This document shows positions 55,401 to 64,000 of a stretch of 64,000 nucleotides of DNA, piece after piece (the stretch's first letter is position 1; each line of letters starts with the position of its first letter). The translations under genes were made by a program, and so were the position numbers. The notes under the pieces were generated by a model that was given only the letters and a program-made list of their open reading frames with translations, searched no databases and was not told the DNA's origin. The DNA is from Lingula anatina. Lineage: Eukaryota > Animalia > Brachiopoda. Location of the stretch: assembly GCA_051362555.1 (NCBI GenBank), contig CM120644.1, forward strand, positions 12,484,567 through 12,548,566. Direction: 5' to 3'.

Positions 55401-56094
55401 GCCCGGTTCGAACACAATCAAAGTGCTTAGAGAGCTGAACTGGGCTACTTTGGAAAACCGTAGAATAATGCATGCAAAAAAGGTTATGTTCACTATCCAT
55501 CACAATATGGCTCCTACATATATTATTAAAGATTTCCGGTCTTTTAAAAATCTAATAACCCCGCAAACAAGAGAGTCCTCGTATAGAGATTACATCATCC
55601 CAGCCAAGTTTACATTTCAGGGTCCTGAATACTTACTCGTGTCTTCATGGAATAGTCTCAGTCTCGAACGAAAGTATACCCCAAATATCGCGTTATTCAA
55701 GCATTCTCTGAAATCCGAACTATTTTCTGGTTCGTTATCTACTACCACCCTAAAGTTAGAAAGAAAGAATGAAAAATATCTAAACCGTGCGCGTGTAGAT
55801 CTTTTGTTCAAATCCCAATTATATAACCACAACTGGGACTCGGTAAATTCTCCGAACTGCTCTTGTGGGAAACCTGAGACTATACGCCATTTTTTCTTCC
55901 AGTGCCCACGGAGGCAGTTGAAGTATCGTGATTTTCATTTGTCTATTCAGAATGTCCTGGGCGCTAACAATACAAAATTTAGAACGCAGCTTGATAAGAT
56001 TTCTTTGTTTCTACACGGCCACAAAACTTTAACAACTGGACAGAATGATAAAATATTCGATATTGTCTCGACGTTTTTAATTGATAATGCTTAA
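52411..56094 (+). CDS. LINE ORF2: hydrophobic leader, 2A-like motif, APE endonuclease, reverse transcriptase, C-terminal Cys/His knuckle
   Basis: 1227 aa uninterrupted. APE motifs NIRSL, YRSP, GDFNAH, IDL and TDH; RT motifs NYRPVSLL, FLDISAAFDKV, VPQGSILGPLLF and YADD; C-terminal CSCGKPETIRHFFFQC. Confidence 0.96.
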   Translation: MGISLMQWRVTVGCFCCLKGMAKKRETHLKFPYLIYMKPLTALIFLFIIVTLCLYLVYPISVTQDHKDRPVIPFSFACVAGGNLSSLLLLCCISQLFAKSYYVKTYILIAAELLAFYLTLFQTTSTFQYISLSGFKLLLAGDVHPNPGPRLKPENDLKILFSNIRSLGAENGLRFDALSIRAKQLEINIIGLCEAGKIPEHYLTSKYYIDGYHNPLYSEKGRGFIIYVGNDMIYKIREDLCNTELDCLWIELQLKYKKLLYGIFYRSPSQTANERNQFISQLSDCLYRAKLSRSDGIIINGDFNAHSRNWYLGGRDDVAGELLHDLFSTHGLDQLVREPTRIQGDSSSCIDLTVTDIPGLVTNVSVEAPIGSTDHSTLVSSFDVFLLKYKPYKKIIWKYDQANIHGLNNDIISFDWDTFFQSQNNIHEMTRNFTERLLLIFKKHIPQKVRIIKRNDKPWFSDRLKHEINKKKKLYAKMKTNPTPGNILCYDTQSVLVKELIRDTKESYFNSLIESLDEKPGNGRKLFWPTIKNLIGSKYTTSIPTLLNHSTGQIAITDSEKAKVFLDYFSERYHSDVVTSTALVNFPDKTNAILTEIDFNDTEIKVIIDDMDASKASGPDSVTIKMLKLSKDVVVKPLCILFNYIIQSNTYPDLWKMAFICPIYKKGDRSCIDNYRPVSLLSVLSKLLEKIIYKRMINHVVNNNLLFEKQSGFLKGHSTEHQLLAIQNLIRSNFRKGRDVRGIFLDISAAFDKVPHSLLLIKLSAYGIKGNLLSLLSSYLSDRKVKVRINGTLSESSNESYINTSVPQGSILGPLLFLLYINDLADNLSSDCFLYADDTSIFQSSIPSNSQSHDALQSDLSKLEEWSNRWKLEFKPDKSCEVIFSTKVTANKYRNLILCDLTIPRKTFHKHLGFVLDSKLSCAEHISYLTTKAQKALNPLKSLSHRLRSRHLNILYNAYVLSLLDYCDILYHSATKRNLSKLSSIHYQAGLLVLGALPGSNTIKVLRELNWATLENRRIMHAKKVMFTIHHNMAPTYIIKDFRSFKNLITPQTRESSYRDYIIPAKFTFQGPEYLLVSSWNSLSLERKYTPNIALFKHSLKSELFSGSLSTTTLKLERKNEKYLNRARVDLLFKSQLYNHNWDSVNSPNCSCGKPETIRHFFFQCPRRQLKYRDFHLSIQNVLGANNTKFRTQLDKISLFLHGHKTLTTGQNDKIFDIVSTFLIDNA

Positions 56095-57465
56095 TTGCTT
56101 TTATAAGTTCACCCTCCCGACCCTCCTTCTCTTGATCAACTAATATATCACTTCCCGCATATATCGCCCGTGCCTTTCCCTGTAGTGCCCTTCCCTGTTG
56201 CTCTCCTTTACAACAATAAGTACTATTTAGTGTTATCATAACTATAATCATTACCTATATATAATCATATTTAAGTCATTTTGTTACTAGAATTACATTA
56301 ACGCAAGCGAGCCCATAATGCTGTGGCGACGTGCCGCCTGCTCTGAATGAATTTTTTTTTGTATATCTTGATTGTAGAAATAAATCTGTTTAAAAAAAAA
56401 AAAACCTTGAAATTTGTTCATAACCTTGGCCTCTGGTGACCATAAAAATACTTGCAAGTGTTCGGCAGTGCCTCACTTGGTTGGCATTGCTTCTTATAAC
56501 ATGTTTCTATTACAAAGGGAAACTGTAATGTATACAATATGGCATTTTTGCGCCAAAAATGCCTTGACCTTGTAATTAGGCCATGACCCAAGGTGCCCTT
56601 GGCAATAATTGCAATAGATTGACAGTACCTTTCTTAATAGAAATTGATACTTAAAACATGTTTCTGTGACATTGGGTTCCCAAGATATGGACTTAAAGGT
56701 GATCATCCCTATTCAATGGCGGCCATTTTGGATCTTTGTGGAAAACGAGATTTTGCCAAGGCGGGATTCATGAGAGAAATTTTAGGGCTATATCGGGCCT
56801 TCAACGGACCAGAATCAGTTGTGAACCCTTTGTCACCAATTTTTCTAACCTATGTTGTTTATTGACTGGCCTATTGACTTTTCTAACCTAAGTTGTTTAT
56901 TGACTGGCCTATTTCCGCTTTATGCCCTCCCAGACAATTAGAATGAGGAAATTGAAACTGAATATTAGTAGACACATCATACTGATGAATCAATAGAGAC
57001 TGTGCACGCCGGAAGTCTCTCAGATTTGCCTGTGATTCGTCCGAATTAACAGAACGGATGGATCACGGTTCATGCCACACCGGTTTTCAATTTTCACGTG
57101 GTTGTGTATCGCTCGGCAAACGGTGTGCGACTGGTAACCTATAGCTTGAATGTGGTTTTTAGAGGTTGCAGATACCATGCCTACTGCAGCCTGGTATCAA
57201 CCCGTTGCTACAAGGTTGCCAATCAAAATATTTTTATTTTGTTCTATTTGTACTTATTCAGCTTGCAAAGAGATCGCAAGCGACCGCCAGATTTTGTGGT
57301 AGCTAAACTATTAGGGTTAAGGTTCAAAGCTAATTGTACGTGACCAGTGCTTTATATGCTTTTACTGGTTAAATGTGATTAAATTAAACAGGCAATATCA
57401 AACAAGCTTAGTGTTTAAAAAATCAAATGCCACAGTGCAACCTTGGTTTTTCTTTGCTTCTTCAG

Positions 57466-58223
57466 CCAGTGGAATACCCTCAAATAACTGGCTCGGAACA
57501 TTGGAGACGAAAAATGCGCACCCAATTTAGGGCCTTCGACGTAAACGGTGATGGTTACTTGACAAAAGAAGATTTAGAGATGAGCGCCAGGCGGAGTTCA
57601 GAGTTCATGAAGCTTGATGGTAAATGTATTAATTTTTAATATAAATGACAATATTGGTTTCATACTTTATAGATTTATTTGATAATCAAAGCAATACTAC
57701 GTATTGTGTATCTAAAATATTTTATCACTTATCCAGAATGTAACCGCTTTTTATTTTGTACTATTTGTCTTACTATTTATACTGTAATGTATACATTTTA
57801 GAAGAAAACACTCAAATTCTTCTGAGCCAACGCCTTACCTACTGGAGAGATTCAATTTCTAAAGATTCGACAGGCAGAAATACAGATAAAATTTCCGAGG
57901 ATAAGTTTGTGGAGAATCAGCTCGTCAACATGAACGACAGCAATTGTCGAGAAATTTTGTTTGATGCCATTTGTTCAAGATTTCAGATGATGGATCTTGA
58001 CGGCGATGGGCTTATTTCTCCAGATGAACATGCTGCTATATTCTACGGTTTCAACATCCCTACTGAGCATTCAAAGAAAGTATTCGACATCATAGACAGC
58101 GACAGTGACGGCTTCATTACCCAAGAAGAGTTCGTTCGCGCACTCACTGAATTCGATTTAACCGAAAATCCTGACAACGAATACAACGAGTGCTACGGTC
58201 CGCTCGTTGACAATGAAAATTGA
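57466..58223 (+). CDS. EF-hand protein gene 7 (subfamily B2), exons 2-3 (57466-57619, 57802-58223); no intact exon 1 adjacent
   Basis: Both exons are open, with canonical splice sites and three EF loops. The only exon 1 candidate since gene 6 is the truncated copy at 49084-49214, on the far side of the LINE. Confidence 0.8.
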
Positions 58224-59862
58224 TGTTTTTTCTATCGTCAAAAAGAGAAAGAAAAACAAATATTCTGCCCAAATGATTATTGAGGTTACAAAAAACACGC
58301 ATGTACTGCAATGAATATAACATTTCATATATTAGATTCGAGATGAGTGCCTAAACATACGGGATCAATAGAAACGACAGGAACAGAAATAGTGTCGAAT
58401 GTGTAAAACGCAAAATGAAGAAAATGACATATGTATTGCAGGAGAGGATTGTTGTTCTTGTATTTTAACTTAGTCACATACAAAGAAGTGTACATGAATT
58501 TACACGTTTGATCGTGAAATATTTGTTGTAAGACGCCACCACAGAATGCTACAACTCTTTCAAATATATTCAAAAATTTGATATACCTCAATTTATTTGA
58601 TAGCTTGTAACAAACAAAGAGTTTGCTCTAGCTTGAACTGACATATATAAAAGCTGATATCAAGGCTTTTCATAAACTAACAATGTTACGTAGCTTTACA
58701 AAATAGGCGTGAGTAGAAACACCAACAATTACATCATTATATGTTTTAAATATTAGTTCATCGTTAACATATCGTATATTAGACACGTGTATAGTTTTTT
58801 TAGATAAATATTTTAACACGTAGTATGAATTGTATGAGACCATGCAATCAACCTTACCGATATGGTCGGATGCTGTATGCTTCTGTCAAAATTATAGGCT
58901 TTTATTTCAAATGTAGTCCATTTGAATGCAAAAAAAAAAAAACTTTTTTCACAAAATAAGCCTCAACTTTCATGATGTTCACCTCTAATTCTTGTAAATC
59001 TACCTTTGCCGTCATGCAGTATTTTCATCTCAATAGTTTTATCTAAACACATGCTGACATTTCCAAAGGCCTGACGCCTTGCGCTAGTTACATTTGCCGA
59101 ATAGCCAAATATACAGTAGTGGCTTTCTTTATGCTGTTCAGAATTGATTAATTTTGCATCAAAAGTATCAAAATGATGATTGAGTGTACTTAAATATGTA
59201 TTAGTATCTTCCCCTGTACCTTTGACAGTGTTGCTGTCTTTTCTAAGATTTCAAGCGAGATGTACCATTAAAGATAGACCGAGGTCCTTTTCTCATAGAT
59301 CTGTATACTAAAGCTACATGTATTATACCGGTACACTTGCAAAGGCCCTTACGTAAAAGTACGCACGATACTCCCCAACACAAGTTCGTTCCTTGCTCTT
59401 TACCTAATTAATAATAACTTTACAGAAAGATCGAGGCTCCGTACAGGCGATTCTCTTACGTAAAACGTAGGGATTAAAGTTGTCAACTTCACAAGGCGTA
59501 AAAGTGCAACGCCAAAGTAAACCGTTCCTACTCGATGAGAAAAGGGTCTCAGTCTCGAGAAACTTGGTGACACGCCATTGCTATAATGAAATGCAGATAC
59601 ACATAATATATGCGATAAGAAAACTAACGGCCCCGAACTTCATTGCGTTCTGACTATCAGCTTACAAAACGAGTTGATATGTGATACTTAAATGGTGACT
59701 GGGTGAAAATGAACACAAAAGAAAGAGCTTCTCTCACATTTTAATGAATGTCTTTTTGTAACCTGCATACAAATGTTTTATTCAGACCACACTATCATTC
59801 GTAACATAGAACAAGCGTGTGAAATTAAAGCGCCTTGCGGGTCAAAAATTTCTTGCAAAGCA

Positions 59863-62084
59863 ATGCTGAATATGTCCAGACTTATTCAACACCGCCTGCT
59901 TGGGCTAGCGATGATAGGACCACCTAACAGAAAATATGGAAGATTTATCCTACTTGCACAAAACTTATCAAAGAAGATACAGCCGCCTGTATTTGATAAA
60001 CAAACGGAAATGACGCCAGTTATCCACCTCAAGCAAGGCCTGGTGAAACAGCCATGGCGTTTTAGAAAGGTTAGTGATATGAGATATTGTTTTAAATCTT
60101 TCGTCTCCATGTACTCATTTTCAAGTCAATAAATCCTTGTCTAAAATAATATCAAAGCAAGACATCCCTCAGTAATGTTCAATTCCAAAGCAAAGATTTG
60201 TTAAAATAGGTGGTACTTTTGTCTGCGATATATCATGTGATGAAGTAATTAAAGTAATTTTTGACATCTGTCAGGCTTTTGGTAGTGGAGATTTTTATGA
60301 TGGTAAGTCTGGGACATACTGTGCTTGTAACCTTTTTGTAACCCTTTGGCGAACTCAGTCGCAAGGAGGTTGTCATAGGTTTTTAAGTGGTTGCATAATG
60401 TTGCTTACAGGTTGCAAGCTATCATTGACACATAAACATTTTTTTGTGCACCGACAACAGATGCGACTGAGGATGACAAATATTGGTACCCCAATGGTTG
60501 CTTATCGGTCTTTTCTTTGTTGCCAGTAGTTCGTTATAACCATACTAAAACCAGGCCACTTGCAACTGCACGGTTGAACAAGGACTTAAGCATAATGAAA
60601 TTTATAATTATCATTATAACAGTGTTGGTTGCAATACGAATTAGATATTTAGCTATAGTAATGTATGTTTTCTTACAATCGTTAAAAAAAGAAAGCGCGT
60701 GACGAAACTAACCTGACTTCCAAGTATACAGCAGCCAACACGCTTCCTGGTCTTTATGAAGGTTCCATTTCACTAGCTTTTCTTGTCTTCTGAGAGGGAA
60801 ATAGATATGAAATCAACTACCGCCATAAGTTTGCAACACATATGATCTGTGCGACCTTGTGGTTACCAGTTGGCAATCGATCGCTACAGTCCTGCAGCCG
60901 TTTCTCATTTATCAAGTGGTCGCTGACAGGTTGTGTATCGCCCTGCAAACGGTGTGCGACTGGTAAACAATAGGTTGAATGTGCTTTTTAGAGGTTGCAG
61001 ATACCATACACACCGCAACATTGTTGTGCAAGAGATTGCCGATCAAAATATGCCAAAGCTTCTTATTCAGCTCGCAAAGTTATCACAAGCGACCGCCAGA
61101 TTTTGTGGCTGCTAAACGTTTGCCAAAAGGTTGCAAATACTGTGTGACCCATGTTTTACTGGCCAAATATGAATAAATACAATAAGCAATATAAAATAAG
61201 TGCCGAAGTGTAACCTTGGTATTTTATTGCTCGTTCAGCCTGTGGAATACCCTCAAGTAACTGGATCGGATCATTGGAGACGAAAAATGCGCACCTTATT
61301 TAGGGCCTTCGACATAAACAGTGATGGTTACTTGACAATAGAAGATGTAGAGATGAGCGCCAGGCGGAGTTCAGAGTTCATGAAGCTTGATGGTAAATGT
61401 ATTAATTTTTAATATAAATGACAATATTGGTTTCATACTTACAGGCTTGTTTGGCTATAAAAGCAATACTATATATTATGTTTCTTAAATATTTGATCAT
61501 TTATCCAGTAAGTAATCCCTTTTTATTTCGCACAGACGCGTGCACACGCATTTAACGTACAGTCAGTCAAAACAATTAAAAACAAATTTAAAAAGGACTA
61601 TTGTAATATACATTGTCATTATATTATATATTTGTATATATACTGTAATGTATACATTTCAGACGAAAACACTAAAATTATTCTTGACCAACGCCTTACC
61701 CACTGGAGAGATTCAATTTCTAGAGATTCGACAGGATGGAAAACAAGTAAGTTATCCGAGGGTCAGTTCGTGGAGAATCAGCTCGTCAACATGAACGACA
61801 ATCATTTCCGAGAAAGTTTCTTTGATACCCTTTGTTCAAGATTTCAAATGATGGATCTTAACGGTGATGGACTTATTTCTCCAGATGAACATGCTGCTAT
61901 TTTCTTCAGTTTCAACGTCCCTACTGAGCACTCGAAGAAAATATTCGACATCATAGACAGCGACAGTGACGGCTTCATTACACAAGAAGAGTTCATTCGC
62001 GCAATCGCTGAATTCTGTTTTACGGAAAATCCTGACAACGAATACAACGAGTTCTACGGTCCGCTCGTTGACAATGAAAATTGA
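59863..62084 (+). CDS. EF-hand protein gene 8 (subfamily B2); exons 59863-60069, 61239-61392, 61663-62084
   Basis: In-frame exons of 207/154/422 nt with GT-AG sites. The ATG of the homologous MSC start is ATT here, so the start is either MLNMSR (59863) or the upstream in-frame ATG at 59773. Confidence 0.88.
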
Positions 62085-63474
62085 TGTTTTTTTTTCTATC
62101 GCCAAAAAGAGCAAAAAACAAAAAAAAAAACAAAAAAAAAAAAAACAAATATTTTGCCCAAATAATTATTGAGTTTACAAGACATAAACAGTGACGGTTA
62201 CATCATTATATGTTTTAAATATTAGTTCATCGTAAACATATTGTATGTTAGACACGTGTATAAGTTTTTTTAGATAAATATTTTAACACGTAGTATGAAT
62301 TGTATGAGACCATGCAATCAACCTTACCGATATGGTCGGATGCTGTATGCTTCTGTCAAAATTATAAGCTTTTATTTCAAATGTAGTCCATTTGAATGCA
62401 AAAAAAAAAAAACTTTTTTCACAAAATAAGCCTCAACTTTCATGATGTTCACCTTTAATTCTTGTAAATCTACCTTTGCCGTCATGCAGTATTTTCATCT
62501 CAATAGTTTTATCTAAACACATGCTGACATTTCCAAAGGCCTGACGCCTTGCGCTAGTTACATTTGCCGAATAGCCAAATATACAGTAGTGGCCTTCTTT
62601 ATGCTGTTCAGAATTGGTTAATTTTGCATCAAAAGTAAATGATGATTGAGTGCACTTAAATATGTATTAGTATCTTCCCCTGTACCTTTGACAGTGTTGC
62701 TGTCTTTTCTAAGATTTCAAGCGAGATGTACCATTAAAGATAGACCGAGGTCCTTTTCTCATAGATCTGTATACTAAAGCTACATGTATTATACCGGTAC
62801 ACTTGCAAAGGCCCTTACGTAAAAGTACGCACGATACTCCCCAACACAAGTTCGTTCCTTGCTCTTTACCTAATTAATAATAACTTTACATATATAGTTT
62901 AGTTTAGTTTAGTTTATTTCACTGTAACATATGCATCCACTTGTGTGGATGAAAATGACAATATGAATACAATTTTTGTGAATATGTTATTAAACAATCA
63001 CAATGAGTAAGGATATTTAATTATTTACTATTTAAAAGAGAGATCGAGGCTCCGTACAGGCGATTCTTTTACGTAAAACGTAGGGATTAAAGTTGTCAAC
63101 TTCACAAGGCGTAAAAGTGCAACGCCAAAGTAAACCGTTCCTACTCGATGAGAAAAGGGTCTCAGTCTCGAGAAACTTGGTGACACGCCATTGCTATAAT
63201 GAATTGCAGATACACATAATATATGCGATACGAAAACTAACGGCCCCGAACTTCATTGCGTTCAAATCAGCTTACAAAACGAGTTGATATGCGATACTTA
63301 AATGTTGACTGGGTGAAAATGAACACAAAAGAAAGAGCTTCTCTCACATTTTAATGAATATGTCTTTTTGTAACCTGCATACAAATGTTTTATTCAGACC
63401 ACACAATCATTCGTAACATAGAACAAGCGTGTGAAATTAAAGCACCTTGCGGGCCAAAAATTTCTTGCAAAGCA

Positions 63475-63681
63475 ATGCTGAATATGTCCAGACTTATTCA
63501 ACACCGCCTGCTTGGGCTAGCGATGATAGGACCACCTAACAGAAAATATGGAAGATTTATCCTACTTGCACAAAACTTATCAAAGAAGATACAGCCGCCC
63601 GTATTTGTTAAACAAAGGGAAATGACGCCAGTTATCCACCTCAAGCAAGGCCTGGTGAAACAGTCATGGCGTTTTAGAAAG
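63475..63681 (+). CDS. Exon 1 of EF-hand gene 9 (rest of the gene presumably beyond the window)
   Basis: Near-identical to gene 8 exon 1, with donor AGAAAG|gttagt, followed by a copy of gene 8 intron 1 up to the window end. Confidence 0.8.
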
Positions 63682-64000
63682 GTTAGTGATATAAGATATT
63701 GTTTTAAATCTTTCGTCTCCATGTGCTCATTTTCAAGTCAATAAATCCTTGTCTAAAATACTATCAAAGCAAGACATAGAGCTCTCAGTAATGTTCAATT
63801 CCAAAGCGAAGATTTGTTAAAAAAAGGTAGTACTTTTGTCTGCGATATATCATGTCATGAAGCAATTAAAGTAATTTTTGACATCTATCAGGCTTTTGAT
63901 AGTGGATATATTAATGATGGTAAGTCTGGGTCATACTGCGCTTGCAACTTTTTTGTAACCCTTTGGCAAATTCAGTCGCAAGGAGGTTGTCATAGGTTTT

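Larger units (their letters stand above)
50443..56403 (+). mobile_element. Full-length non-LTR retrotransposon (CR1/L2 group LINE)
   Basis: Two intact ORFs, AATAAA at 56379, poly(A) at about 56392-56404, and a target-site duplication ACCTTGAAATTTG at 50430-50442 and 56404-56416. Confidence 0.95.
58729..64000 (+). repeat. Very recent tandem duplication: 58729-60390 matches 62198-64000
   Basis: Near-identical non-coding sequence and exon 1; the second copy has a ~150 bp insertion at about 62890-63038. Confidence 0.9.

Noticed and set aside
58729-64000. Haplotype or assembly artefact explaining the near-identical duplication
   Set aside because: The copies differ by a ~150 bp insertion and scattered substitutions and follow different exon 3 paralogs, so they are probably real. 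Read depth would be needed to exclude an artefact fully.

Overview
AT-rich, microsatellite-rich animal genomic DNA with GT-AG introns, probably from a marine invertebrate. The window is mostly a head-to-head tandem array of three-exon EF-hand genes of the invertebrate sarcoplasmic calcium-binding protein (SCP) / Renilla luciferin-binding protein / aequorin superfamily. The - strand has three intact genes plus a pseudo-exon (704-28454). The + strand has four intact genes, one 5'-damaged gene, one gene running off the window end, and orphan or degenerate first exons (31500-64000). Each intact gene has an extra first exon encoding a basic, acid-poor 50-75 aa leader that resembles a mitochondrial presequence. 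Mobile DNA is abundant: a full-length intact CR1-group LINE with a TSD, whose ORF2 begins with a hydrophobic leader and a 2A-like motif; a decayed Ngaro/DIRS element with split direct repeats; RTE and Rex-like fragments; Helentron-associated (HINE-like) repeat elements; and several MITEs. All alignments, counts and splice sites were read by eye, and family assignments rest on recalled reference sequences rather than database searches.
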